From Diplonema japonicum (Eukaryota > Protista > Euglenozoa: Diplonemea), in contig OZ025707.1 in assembly GCA_964019335.1 (NCBI GenBank), positions 310,001 through 374,000 on the forward strand: DNA of 64,000 nt. Direction: 5' to 3'. Below, in pieces: positions 34,401 to 46,961 of this stretch. The first letter of the stretch is position 1. The number at the start of each line of letters is the position of its first letter. The notes under the pieces are model-generated. The model saw only the letters and a program-made list of their open reading frames with translations. It was not told the DNA's origin and searched no databases. The translations under genes were made by a program, and so were the position numbers.

Positions 34401-36033
34401 ATGGACCTCCTGCAGAGAATAAAACAAGCAGCAGACATACCAGGGTTTGAGAAGGAGGTAGCATGCGAAGCCACGGCCACATGGGACTCAAACACGTCAC
34501 GAGGGCAGCTGGAGGTGCTGCTGCAACAGGCCCAACAGGAGCTGAAGGTAAAGGAGGAAAGGTACGACGACCTACGCAAAGAAAGCGAGGAGCTGCGGAA
34601 AGAGCACGGCGGTTACCGGGCAAAGGTGCAAGCGTGGAGGGCGCAAAGCAAAGCCGACAGAGAGTCCGCAAATAAAATGATAGTAGCGCTCCGCGGCACA
34701 GAAGGTTCCAAAGAAGACGCATACGCAGAAGGCCTCCAGGAACAAGTAAAACTGTTAAAAGAAAACTTTAGACAAGCCACGGAAAACGCGGAACGGCTAG
34801 AAGTAGACAAAGCCGCTATCGAACGCCAGTGGAAACAAGACTTCGAGGACTACAACATCAAAGTCGAACAGTGGAAAGCTCGACAGGCCACAGCAGGCAC
34901 CGCTACAGGAGGGACCGAAATGTCCTTGAAGCTACTACAATCCGAGAACGAGGTGGAGCTCTTGAAGAAGAACATCGAAGAGCTCGATAGACGGCACGCG
35001 GAAGCCGTTGGGAAAACAGAGGAACTAACAGAGAAAACGGTTCTCGACGCGGAGAAACTACGGAAATTAATTGAAACCCACGAAAAAGAAGTGAACGAGG
35101 TAAGGGGTGAATGCGAACGTGCCATGGAAAAGCTGCAAGATGGGTCGCATGTGCAATACGTCAAGGACTTGGAAAACGAGTTGAAAGGATGGCGGCAGAA
35201 GAAGAGCGAGGCTGAGGTGCCCATAACACAAAGCAGCGAAGTGGATTCAACTCAGCTTCCATCTGATCTCGGCGAGCTTCGGAAAACCCATGAAACGGAG
35301 CTGAAAAGTCTCCAAGCAGAACTGGACTCCACAATGGCGCGGCACGCTCACCTAGACGTAGCCGCTGATGAGCGCGAAGTAGCGATTCAAGAGCTGTATG
35401 ATGAAAACCTTTCTTTGAGGACCGAGATGGCAGTTACAAAGAAGGACATTGGGGGGATGGAGGTGCAACAAGCCGAATTGAAAGCGGAGTTGGAGAAGTT
35501 CAGAGAGATAAAGTGTGGTTTTTTTTTTTTTTTTTTCTTTTCCCACCCCCAAACACAATGACACAGTAAAACCCTCGAAACCCGTATTGAACTCATGGAT
35601 ACAAATGTTGCAAAGTTCAACAAAACAAATCTGAACCTTCAGAAGGAGATATCTACCCGGAATGAGGTATGTTGAGGGGTGGAAGAAAGAGGAAAAAAAA
35701 GTATAAAAAAAAAAAAAACAGACCGTGAGAAAAATGAGAATCGAGCTATCGAAGTACAAATCTGATAGCGCCGCCTTGCCCCAGCCTGATTCCAAGGCTG
35801 CCTTGCAGTACCCCACCAAGAACAGCCTGCAGAGAGGGGGGTCGGCAGACGTTTCCGCGTTGCTTCCTAAATGGAGGCAGATGAGGGTGTACCTAGGTCT
35901 TGCCTTCATCTTGCTCTTCCTCACCTTCTCGGTGTACAGCACGAAGACAATTACACAAGAAAATGAATTGCAGGAGAAGCTTGCACAGTGCATAAGGGCT
36001 AGCAAAGATGCCAACCTTGTGCGGAGCAAGTGA
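34401..36033 (+). CDS. Coiled-coil protein with C-terminal TM anchor (golgin-like); introns 35513-35566 and 35667-35721
   Basis: Two GT-AG introns join three in-frame exons (EIN-KTLETRIE..STRNE-TVRKMRIEL); TM VYLGLAFILLFLTFSVY. Confidence 0.8.
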
Positions 36034-36189
36034 GAAAAGAGTTTTCGAAGTGTGTTTTTATATTACTATTATTATCTCCAGCAAAGTTTTCTTGTGGGAG
36101 AGAACATCAGAATTCATCTTTATTTCACTGGGGCCTAATTTCAGCAAAACCCTAAAACACCTACCAAGGCTCCTTTGGGATGGGCAAGA

Positions 36190-36560
36190 CCCAACTGCAA
36201 GAGGCGGTGGACGTAGCGGACGATGCCATACCTCGGTGCTAAAGATCATCATTTGCTCTTGGGTAAAGATGTTCGCCTTTTTTGTTGACTCGCCTTCTTG
36301 GAACCTCTTGAGGTGGACCTTTAGTCGGGGGTGGTCTTGCAACTGCTTTGTTGTAATTCCTCTTCACAACCGAGTTTAGCCTTGAATAAGCTGTCCGGAC
36401 TGAACTGGCAGCAGGCCTTGTTTGTTCATGTCGTTGAAATAGAGAACGGAATCCTCTTCTTTCGGACAGATCCTTCTCTTCTTTCCTATAATTATGAAAC
36501 ACACAAAAGCGTGCCCACTCCTTTTCGTATGGCTCTTGGAAGGGGGTGAACCCTGCTGCA
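36190..36560 (-). pseudogene. Tyrosine-recombinase (Crypton-like) N-terminal relic
   Basis: YEKEWARF..SVLYFND..SSVRTAYSRLN..QDHPRLKVHLKRF..KKANIFT across frameshifts; homologous to 42800-43050. Confidence 0.65.
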
Positions 36561-36865
36561 TCCGCCTCTTGTGCAGTCGGGTTCTTGCCAAGCCTGAAGA
36601 AGGGCATCAACCGTCTGCGAAAGACACTGGTATCTGCCATCGGAACGAAAGCGAGGCTCCAAAAAGGAAGCATCAAAAGATCCCTAAGGGTGGTCCTCAA
36701 GTGGGATTTGCCCTTAAACATCGTCTTTTTTTTTCTCTAGCCAATTTTATTTAAATTTTCGAACACACGCCCTTTCATTTTTTTTTCTTTTTTCTTTTTT
36801 CATTCTTGACAAGGGGGGAAAAAAAAGAAGGAAAAAAAAGAAGAAGAAGAAAGGAAAAAATATAA

Positions 36866-37528
36866 ATGTCGACACCACCTGAAGCTATCATAGAGAAGCT
36901 GACACAGTGCATTCTGCAGTGCAAAGATATTGCCATGCAACACCCTGACGGACCTGAGAACATACCTGATGAAACATGGGACACGCTGCCGGACGACTTG
37001 AAAAAGATAGCAACAGACGCAATAAGCGCAGTAAGGGAGGCCTGCACGACCGAGAAACCACCTCCAGAGGAGGAGGAGGAGGGAGGAGGGAGGGCACGAA
37101 CCAACATCGGAAGCCCCGATAGAGTACCACCTACGCGGGGAACTCGAAATGTATACAAATGTTGATGTGGTGAATGAAAAAAGCTGAACCCCTTGAAGAA
37201 GAAGATGAAGTTCGCCTACATAAAGATGAATGGGGACAAGTATGAGGTTTGCGCATACCGGAACTACTACAAAGAATTCTGGAGGGCAGCCTGACACCGG
37301 CGCAAACTAATTTTTGTGAACGGCTTAAGAAGATTCAAGAAGCAGTAGCGAGCTTTGGGGTGGGGGACAAAGTCGAAAACCCGAATGAGATGCACGCCAA
37401 GCACACCCGAAGTATGGTCTATGCAGCAGTGTTTTGCTATAATGATGAAGGTAAAGACCACACTGCCGTTTACGTAGGGGAGTCGGGGGACAATGAATGC
37501 CAGCGATGGGACCATTTTGTCCTCTTTT
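36866..37528 (+). pseudogene. Frameshifted ORF ending in a GIY-YIG-like nuclease motif, truncated by TIR element
   Basis: MVYAAVFC..AVYVGESGDNECQRWDH immediately before the TTAA insertion site. Confidence 0.45.
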
Positions 37529-37532
37529 TTAA

Positions 37533-38763
37533 CGCTCCATATTCGCTAAGTGACCCGCCCTATGTCCCAAAGGGGTTATAGGGGGGCTATAGGGGAAAAA
37601 ATGTCAAAAATGCCCAAAGGTTCATTGAATTTTTTTTTCAAAAAATCCATATGTCGAACATGAAAGAACGGTGAGTTCCAAGGAAGTTCCAAAAAGTTTT
37701 TCCAAAAAAAAAATATTGGGGGCCAACCAAAATGACCTTGGAAGTCGCCATTTTGAGTTTTGGCCATTTTTGCCAAACTTTTGCAACTGGGCACTTTTCC
37801 CTTTGAAAAACATGGTTAACAGGGTTCGATCCCAGAAGCCATCATCTTCCTGACCAGTAGTTCAGCCGAAAATATTTTCGAAGGCGTAGTCTAGTTGGGG
37901 GGGCTTTGCCCTGTACCTGGGCATGTCCAGGGCACTCACTTCTTGGGTGAGGCCCCCCTGGTCGCGGTCCCCCTCGACACACGGGTTGCGATCCCGTGCC
38001 TACTGGTCTGTCACGGCTCGACGTGGCACTACGCATCCCGCCAGGAACAGGGCTTTCTGCTGCAAACCCAAGGGTTCGGGGACAAGTCCTACTCGACCGT
38101 GGCAGCCCTGCTTGCTGACTTTGTAGGGGCCGGGACCCTCTATTACAACGAATCGCAGTGGTCGACTGTCCTGCATTCCTACAACTAGGGACAATCGGAA
38201 ACAACCCTACACAATGTAGGAGTGCCGGCCCGGCGTGCTACGAGGGCGATAGGCTATGCAAGGTTTCACAGACCTCGCACCCTATTATTTAGTTTCCACC
38301 CTTTCCATTTTCTTTCCAATTTTAAGCTTGTTATTATCCTTTCTGCTTTTTCCTTTTCCTACATGTTTTCGGTCCCGGGTATGACGTTAAACTGCGTCCG
38401 CCGACGCGTCTGAACCAGCACTTCCTGGCGACCAGGCCGTCTTTTCTCTTTTCCTACTTCACTTCGTTCCGTTATTTTCATTATTCTTTTTGGTGATAGA
38501 CTGATACGGGCCATGGAAGCAACCTCTGCTTAATTCCTGGTACGTGGGAGGCTTCTCTTGAGGATGTCAGTCACCTTTTTCCCTTTATATTCGACTCTCT
38601 GTTTTCGTATGCAGTATTTATTCTTTTCCACCCCTTTTTATCTATTTCTTCGCTTCTCTATTCTAACTTAAAATCATTTCAGTACCTAGGCGAAGCGGGT
38701 TCAAGCCCCACTCCAGCGGATTTTTTTAGGCTCACCACAGGGGAGAAACGGCAGCCTGAACCG
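37533..38763. mobile_element. Second copy (left part) of the 1877-3212 TIR element with nested insert 37919-38687
   Basis: TTAA|cgctccatattcgc start. Homology breaks at gtacct and resumes at gtacctaggcgaagcggg. No right TIR seen. Confidence 0.8.
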
Positions 38764-38936
38764 ATAATAACAAAAAAAAAAAAAAAAAAAAAAAAAGTGT
38801 AAAGTGCCAAACAACCAGCAAAGCTTGTGGAATGAGAACACCAGTACGGTCATGAGTACCCGGGCAACCGGGTGAGCGTCTCGACACCTAGTGGGTGCGG
38901 CCTTAGCAAGTCGAAAAGGAAGTGGAATTTGAAAAG

Positions 38937-38969
<33 letters not shown>

Positions 38970-39231
38970 ACGGTTTCTTTTAATCCTCAAAGCATCTGCT
39001 TGTTCCTCTCCACTTCTCTATTCTAACTTAAATCATTTCAGCCACCTCTCACTGCCCTCCATTTTGTCCTCTTCTTTAACGATTTAACTAAAACGGACGG
39101 GTGGGCTTTCTTGATGGTAACATCTAAGAATCGCCAATCGATGCTTTTTCTGAAGACTTGCTTACTTTATTCGCTTGCCCCGCTTTCATCCCTGTAATAT
39201 AAGCCCCCCCCTTTTTTTCTTTATTTCTTAA

Positions 39232-39880
39232 CCCATAACACTCCGGGGCCTATCTACCGAGGGGTCCCTTTTTTGCTCCTTTTCATAATTTGAGGGGGAA
39301 AATGGCAGCATTTAACCCCCGTTTGCAGGTAAAACGGGTTTTTTGGACCAGGAAAATTAAAGAAAAAGTTCAAAGATTTTATTAATAAAATACAAAGGGG
39401 ATGAAGAGTTGAATGGCCGTAGGGTGCTCAAAAACGACCATGTCAAAATGGGTTGTGCACGGGGTGTAGATTGAGCATCTTGGGACAAAAAAAAGCAGCA
39501 TCAGGACCCCTCAGTGGCTGGTGGTCACGTTTGGTGTAATCTGGGGTATCGGGGGTGTCACTAGTTGGGTGCCGGGAGTGGTGTTTTTGCAACGCTGGAC
39601 CATATTTTATTTGAAGTGCATCAGTTAACTTTTGTCACTTCTAGAGCCCACCAGAAGAGTCCAACTGAAATGCAAGCCCCTCACAGTTTTTTCACAGGGC
39701 TTCGGCCAGACCCACAGTCGAAAAGTAGCTATCGCAAACTACCGTGTTGACGTTACCCGGAAAGGCCCCGTTAACCCCAGCACCTTTTCCACAACACTGA
39801 AATCTTCAAGTGCGTGCCCCTCGATTTTGGTGCTCTTCTGTGTGAGTGAAGTGGCCTCTTCTTGGATGACGAAGTGCTAG
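39232..39880 (-). mobile_element. piggyBac relic with catalytic-domain fragment
   Basis: TTAA|CCCATAAC end shared with 11843. Minus strand TVVCDSYFSTVGLAEA resembles the DN(F/Y)F(T/S)S motif. Confidence 0.8.
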
Positions 39881-41748
39881 ATAACTTTAATCTTTGTGCA
39901 AAGGCATTGTTTAAGTGTTACCCCACCATATTCTTGCACGGAAGAACGCCAGTAAGATTATATCATAGTACGACATGACTGGAACGGCCGCCCCGGGGCA
40001 TCCGCTGCTCAACCAGTTGCGTAAGAAAAATATTCTTCCTTCTATGGACAGGACAGAAGGATTTCGGTGTGCGGGTGGGTACTCATTCTTGCTTCCTTCT
40101 GTTTTCTCTTTTGGTATCCTTCTTTTAAAAGAAAGATGTGAGAATAGTATCCACTTTGCCGAAGGACTATCCATGAGGATGATAATCTTGGGAGTAGAAA
40201 AAAAGAACACGAAGACCTTACGCAAGTAAGAGTGCTGGCCCGGCGAGCTACGAGGGCAAAAACCTCTTTTTCTTCTAGAAGATGAGAAATATATTATAAT
40301 GCGACATGATCAGACTGGAACGGCCGCCCCGGGGCATCCTCTGCTCAACCCGGCGGACGTGGGAGGCCCTTCTTCGGAAGGTGCCAGTCGCTTGATCAGT
40401 GCCGTCGAATGCGCGCTATATTTTATAAGTACATATAGCAAAATCGATTGAAAGAAAAAGAACGCATACCAAGGGTGACGAATAGGCAGCAACACGGGCT
40501 CAGAATCTTGGTTACCAGGGGCACCATGGCTGGGGTTGAGTTGCACACCGCACGCATTAAGGACACGACGCGGAACGCAAAAGAAGCTACAACTAGGCCG
40601 AGGCGCGCCCCCTGTAATCAAGTAGACAATACTTGTGCAGGGAGCCCTGCCACATACTGCAGGCACCCTTAAGTAGTCTCTTTTTTTTTTTTTTTTTTGG
40701 CGGGCCGTTGCTAACCACTTCGTTCCTATCATAGTGAATTTTTTTTTTTCAACCACCCTGCCGAGAAACGAAAAGATGAAAGCTCCGCTCCCGTTTTCCT
40801 TCTTTTTCCTTTCCTTTTCCTTCTTTTTTCGTATACCCGTGATAATAAAAAGAGTAAAAAAAAGGGGGGGGGGGAGAATCGATGACACAAAAAACAAGAA
40901 AAATAAGCGCAGGTGTTGCCCCTGGAGCTGCACAAAATCCAGGTGTGGCACACCACCCTACTCCGCTTCTGCGACAGAAGACTGCACGTGAAACACTTGA
41001 GAGCTTGAAGAAAGACTGCGGAAGAAGGTGAAAGGAAGGAGGGCCTTCCCTGCTGAACCACGCAAGAGAGTACATACGGTGCGTAGAAGAGCAATCTTTG
41101 CATCAACGAAGACCAAAATACAACCTAGAAGAGTTGGGGAAGCAATGGGCAATGGAAAGAATAGAAAAAGCACCCAAGCTTTCCACGGCCTCCTTCTGGA
41201 AGATGAGCGACATGATCAGACTGGAACGGCCGCCCCGGGGCATCCTCTGCTCAACCGGCGGACGTGGGAGGCCCTTCTTCGGAAGGTGCCAGTCATTTGA
41301 TCAGTGTCGTCGAATGCGCGCTATATCTTATAATTATATAACAATCGATCGAAAACGGAAGAACGTATACCAAAGGAGTTTCCACGGCCTCTTGGAAAGA
41401 ACCCAAGAAGGGTGGGACACAGCATGCATTCAGAAGAAGGTTAGAGGCAAGCGAATCTTCCCGCGGAGAGCCAGAAGAACCGCGCATGGAACAGAAGGCC
41501 AGTTTTTGCATCAGAGAAAACCAAGAAGGATCTTAAGAAACTGACGTAGCCGAAGAAGAAAGGCCGAGGCCCCCGAAAAAAGAGAAAGGGGTAATTAAGT
41601 AGACAAGGGGGACGTTTCAAAACAGGAACCTCCTGTATCTCATCTCTTTTATTTCAGTTTCATCTGTTTCGTGTGTTTTATTTATACCTCTTCAATATTT
41701 TATATTTGTTTTCTTATCCTTAATCACTTCAGGCAACACCAACAAAGT

Positions 41749-42200
41749 ATGTCTACAACCAGCAGCGTCAGCGACGGTGACGTGCTCCCACCTGGGTGTG
41801 AAGAACCGCTTGAAGCCTCCATTTCTTCAGCCGTCAGTAGTAGCGACATGCCCCCACCTGGGTATGAAGAACCGCTTGCAGCCACTACTTCTTCAGCCGT
41901 CAGTGGTGGTGACATGCCCCCACCTGGGTATGAAGTACCCCTTGCGGCCACTACTTCTTTAGCCGTCAGTGGTGGCGACATGCCCCCACCTGGGTATGAA
42001 GTACCCCTTGCGGCCACTACTTCTTTAGCCGTCAGTGGTGGTGACATGCCCCCACCTGGGTATGAAGTACCCCTTGCAGCCACTACTTCTTTAGCCGTCA
42101 GTGGTGGCGACATGCCCCCACCTGGGTATGAAGAACCGCTCCCAGCCGGCAGCAGCGAAGTGCCCTCATTCGGGTATGAAGAAGCTCCCAACCGGCAGCA
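41749..42200 (+). pseudogene. Orphan Pro-rich leader ORF (66-bp PPGY tandem repeats) truncated by recombinase relic
   Basis: Same start as the 24746 gene; AVSGGDMPPPGYEVPLAATTSL units then GYEEPLPAGSSEVPS. Read-through into antisense YR sequence. Confidence 0.75.
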
Positions 42201-42210
42201 GATTTGTACT

Positions 42211-43098
42211 TTATTGCTTAACTACATAGTATCCAGGGGAACTGATCACCTCGGGTTTGGTCTTTCCCTTTATAAGATCCACAGATGCCTGAGACTGTTC
42301 AATGTAGCGCCTTGCCATTGCCTCGCTGGTCCATCCGAAGTGTGTCGCTAATTGAGCCGAAGTCACCCCATTTGCAGAGGCAGTAGTTGCACAGCTTCGG
42401 CGAAAAGTGTGTGATGTATACTGCCTTGGGTTCTCGAGGTTCAGCTTCTCAGCAAGGAAAACACCATTGTAAAAGGTAGTTTTCCCAAGTGGTTGGTTAA
42501 CAGGCTTGTTGTCTCGGCATTGCAAAAACAACCTGCTTGCCTTGATTGCACACGCTCAACCACTTGCTTAGGGCATCTGCAAATTGTTCGCATACAGCGA
42601 ACTTTGTTTTCATGTTGTTCTTGGTCCTGTGAACACTTACGTCATAGCCAGTGCTCGTCTTTTGTATATCACTTCGCTGCAACAGGCAGCATTCTCCGGC
42701 ATACATGAGGGAAACCGCAGCCTGCTTTGCAATCCCCCCCAAAGCTAGGAAGTCCAGGGTTTGACGTTATGTCAAGACAGGGGCTTGCTTGCACTAATCA
42801 TCTATGGCGGTCAACCTGGGCCAGTCTTGCAATTTTGTGCTGTGCTTAAGCTTCATGGTATGGTTCAGGCGGCTATAAAGGGACCAGAGGCTCGACGGCT
42901 TAAGCCCTTTGTACCGGGCATCAAAGTACGTTATCACGTCGCCTCCTTGGGCTTTCTGGTGCGGATACGGCTGAACTCGGTGAACTAGTCCCACTCTTTT
43001 TTATAGGTTTCACTGCTTTTTACTATGCTGAACACATCCTCAAGGATTTCGTCAACTTTTTTTGTTGATTTTTTAGCCTCTTTTCTTTGACGCCCCAT
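42211..43098 (-). mobile_element. Tyrosine recombinase pseudogene (Crypton-like DNA transposon)
   Basis: YTSHTFRRSCAT (HxxR), HFGW, AMARRY catalytic Tyr; N-terminal TYKKEW..ITYFD..KPSSLWSLYSRLN. Stops and frameshifts. Confidence 0.85.
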
Positions 43099-43228
43099 TT
43101 TCACAATCTGCTTAAAACATGAGGAAAAAAATAAAGTACTTTATTTTCCCTAGGGAAATAATGAAAATTTTATTTTCCCCTCTTGCCAAAATTCCTTTAG
43201 AGGGAATCCAGAAAATAAATAAAATAAC

Positions 43229-45925
43229 GTTATTTAATTCGATATGAGCTCGTCCGAAAAAAAATGTCAACACTTTTTTGGGTACCTCCGAAAATTTCTT
43301 GTTTTGATATTTGAGCAAAAAAAGGGCGGCATGCAACCATAGGAAGATGACATATATGGTGTACCTGTTGCCGTTCTTTCAATTGCGATGCTTGTTTTGC
43401 CATGAGGGTGGCAGGCTTTGCAACCGGCTGCCCCCGGGAAACGAAAAACAGAGGTCAGAAAAACGACGAAAAATGTTTAAAATGCAGTTTAAAAGCTTGA
43501 AATGCAGCACCTAGGGTGCATAAAAGTGGTGAACACACACCGTTGTGACCCCTGGGTACAACCCAGGGTCAGGTTACTGTTAAGAGTACTTAGCGAAAAA
43601 TATATGGTGTTGCATAGCCCCCCAAAAACCGGTTTTTTTAGCCCTGTTTTTGCTTTTTCGAGGGGTTCCTAAGGGAATTGGCCTAAAAGGCCCATTTTCC
43701 TGAAAACCCAATTCTTAACACTTGCCTGCTCAACATCGGTATCTTTGGGGCCAAATATGCATTCTCTACCCATCTGCTGAGGTTTGTCATTTTTTTTCTT
43801 ACTAATGACATGGTGTAAAAAAAAAAAAAAAAAAAAAAAAACTAATGACAAATTAAAATTGAGAAGTTTGCTTTTAAAGGGCCCTTAAGGGATTTTAGCC
43901 TAAAATGGGCATTGTAGCCTAAAATAGGCCAAAATGGCAGTATTTTCCTCACCCCATTTTAATAGTGATAAAGAGCCGAAACCACCCAAAATGACCCCTT
44001 AAGTTTCACAGATTTCCCATCTGCGTCCATTTCTTCTCGCTTTTCATTGAAGAAAACAAAAATAAATATGGAGCCAGGGTCAATTTACAATTTCCGGATG
44101 CCAAAAACTAAAAAAAAACCATTCTAAAAAGCATGTTTTTGCACGCGCGTTTTAGAAATGAAACCAACGGCGAGCATTGTGACCAATATGGTGAACACAC
44201 TTAGACTGCAATTCTGCACACAAAGTGGTGTCGGACTACCCTTCGTCCTGGGTATCACCGAGGAAAACTGGGCTAAGGCAAAGACGCTCAGAGAGCTAAA
44301 CCGCGGAAAGCGTTCGACATCCACGCTACCTACATCTGACCCTGTCTCCATCACGGATCTAGTCCCCACGGTCGACCAAGTCGCAAACCCGGTCCATGTC
44401 ACGGGCACAATCCCCGCAACTAACCCGGTCGCTGTCTCGGTCCCCGTCACGAACTCGGTCCCCGCAGCTAATCCGATCGCAGACCTGGTCCCCGTCACGG
44501 ACGCAGTCCCCGCAACTAGCCCGATCGCTGTCTCGGTCCCCGCAGCCAACCCGATCTTTGTCTCGGTCCTCGTCATGGACCCAGTCCCTACAGCTAGCCC
44601 GGTTGCAGACCCGGTCCCCGTCACGGACGCAGTCTTGGCAGCTGACCCAGGCGATGTCTTGGTCCTCGTTGCAGACCCGGTCCCCGAAACTAGCCCGGTC
44701 GCAGACCCGGCCCCCGTCACGAACCCAGTCCCCGCGACTAACCTGGTAGCTGTCTCAATCCTCGTCACGGACCCAATGCCTACATCCAACGCGGTCCCCG
44801 TCGGCCTCGATAGTCCCTGCTGACCCAGTCACCACAACTGGCCCAGACCCGATACCCGCAGCTGATCCGCTCCCCGTTACGGACCCCGTCCCGCAGATGG
44901 ACAGGCCTGAGCCTCTGGGACGACACGGATCGACAACATGGATGCAGCCCACGCCTTCGACGGGAGACCCCTCCACCACCCCTCTTGACGACGATAGCCC
45001 TGGGTGCCGTTAGCTTTGACGACGATGTCGGAACGACAGGCGCAAAACAGTAGCAGGACTACATCAGGGCGGGGCACCTCTTTTTCTTGCACGCGAACGA
45101 CAACGACTGTCCATCAAAGTCTTCTGTGGACCGATATCCAGGGACACCCGTGGGGTCGGGGGGGCATCACGAGAGGCCGCACGTCAAGCCCCGTCACCAC
45201 CGAGGCGCGCACACAGCGCAATGTTTCCCTCGCACCCCGGAACGGTTCTCACCCCTGGCCAGTCTGTCGACTATTTCCCGGACGACATGTACATGCCAGA
45301 GTTGACGCGGCACAGCCACAGCCTACTCTACTGCAACGGAACCTCCCCACAGGAAGCGGGGATACATGTACATGTTGGAACCACCACCCACGGAGGTGAC
45401 ACAAGCAAACGGCGACCCCTGTCCTCAATCAGCGGGACCTGCGCCACAGGGAACCAATGAGGCGCAAGGAAATGTGAGGGAGGTTAGACCTGACCGGCGA
45501 CGACACCGAGGCCCCGATCTCGACCCCACCATCGGTAAAGACAGAACAAGGAACCGATGAGACACAGAGTCAATGAGAGGGTAGTCATTGACTTGACCGG
45601 CGACGACGAGGAGGCCTCTGCCCCGACCTCGGCCCCTCCATCGGAAACGGCAGAACCTGCGCCACGGACGGAGGAGGGGCATCCTCTGCTCAACCCGGCG
45701 GACGTGGGAGGCCCTTCTTCGGAAGGTGCCAGTCGCTTGATCAGTGTCGTCGAGTGCGCGCTATATTTTATAAGTACATATAACAATCGATTGAAAGAAA
45801 AAGAACGCATACCAAAGTGGTGTCGGACTACTTTTGTACTTAGAAATTTTCCAAGGATTTTTCGTTGCAAAAGAGGGTCATTTGTTGACATTTCTTTCCG
45901 GACGAGCTCATATCGTTAAAATAAC
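43229..45925. mobile_element. About 2.7-kb non-autonomous TIR element carrying captured or mosaic sequence
   Basis: cgatatgagctcgtccgaaaaaaaatgtcaaca (43240) vs reverse complement of tgttgacatttctttccggacgagctcatatcg (ends 45915), extendable to gttatt/aataac. TSD unresolved. Confidence 0.75.
44337..44895 (+). repeat. Degenerate 18-bp coding-like minisatellite (DPVPVT/NPVPAT units) in ORF 44158-44823
   Basis: Recurrent gacccggtccccgtcacg-like units. Confidence 0.75.
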
Positions 45926-45995
45926 AGGTACATAACAAGATGATGGGCCTTTTTTTGCGTTATGGTATTTGATACCGGGTATTTTAATAACTATT

Positions 45996-46194
45996 TATTA
46001 AATGAAAATAAGATTGCATTATTTCACGCGTGGTGGCAGGGGGTTTAACGAGAGAGGCTCTTACTTCACGAGCGAAGCGAGTGTAGTAAGATCCGAATTA
46101 CTTCACGAGCGTAGCGAGTGTAGTAATAATTTCGAGTTAAACCCGCCACCACAAGTGAAATAATGCACTTATTTTCATTTAATATGTTGTTTTA
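45996..46194. repeat. Long inverted repeat enclosing two direct-repeat hairpins
   Basis: About 55-bp arms tattaaatgaaaataag..gtttaac / gttaaac..cttattttcatttaata; inner 2x ttacttcacgagcg(a/t)agcgagtgtagtaa. Confidence 0.85.
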
Positions 46195-46202
46195 TTTAAT
46201 AA

Positions 46203-46702
46203 GAGCCGGGTTTGAAAGGGTGGGAGGTTACAGGTGCAGGGCACAGGTAACGAAGAAATCAAAACTGAGAGGCTGCAAAAAAGGTTGGGTATTACAAGCT
46301 GCAAGGGATTTCAAGTTACCAGTTCTCGTCAGTCTTAACATTAATGTTGATGTCGAGGCTTACCTGTGCATCGCTACCGCTGGAACCATCTGAGGTTGCA
46401 TGTATGGTGGATGCGGGGGCCCACTGCAGAATCTTGATTCTGGGATGGGTTGAGCAGACTGACTAGCACCCCCGAGACGTGTAACCCTCCCCATCGCCTT
46501 AGGCTTTCTTCCCATTGTTTTCTGTGTTTCTAGGGAGTTTGGCTTAAAATAGGTGCAAGAGTGACATAATGTAACATTATATCACTCCTGTACATTATGT
46601 CACTCCTGGGCCTTATTTCTCTATAAGCTAGGAGTGAATATAATGTTGAGCGTGATATAAAGTGAAATCTTATTTTCACTCCCACCCTTGAAAACCCGGC
46701 TC
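46203..46702. repeat. 24-bp inverted-repeat-bounded segment with agtgacataatgt palindromic sub-repeats
   Basis: gagccgggtttgaaagggtgggag vs ctcccacccttgaaaacccggctc; sub-repeats at 46558-46680. Confidence 0.7.
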
Positions 46703-46961
46703 ACAATTAAATATCAATTTGATAACGTTATGCTTGCGTTATAACGTGCAGGCTATGAAGCCCGCCAAAAAAAGCGAAAAAATAGCTTTTCGGGAAAATA
46801 ATCCTTTTCTAAGTCGTTTTGATGCTCCCAGGGGTCGGCTTTGTGTATCTGGGGGGCCGGGATACGAATATAAGGGTTTTAAGCATGGTTGCATGCTCGC
46901 CTTTCATTTGACGTCAATTTAAAACCCGATTGTAATTAAAAACCCGCCGGTGATCGGTTAA

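Noticed and set aside
37895-38188. SH2-like fragment (WHY..GFLL..KSYSTVAALL)
   Set aside because: No FLVRES-type motif; similarity too weak to support.
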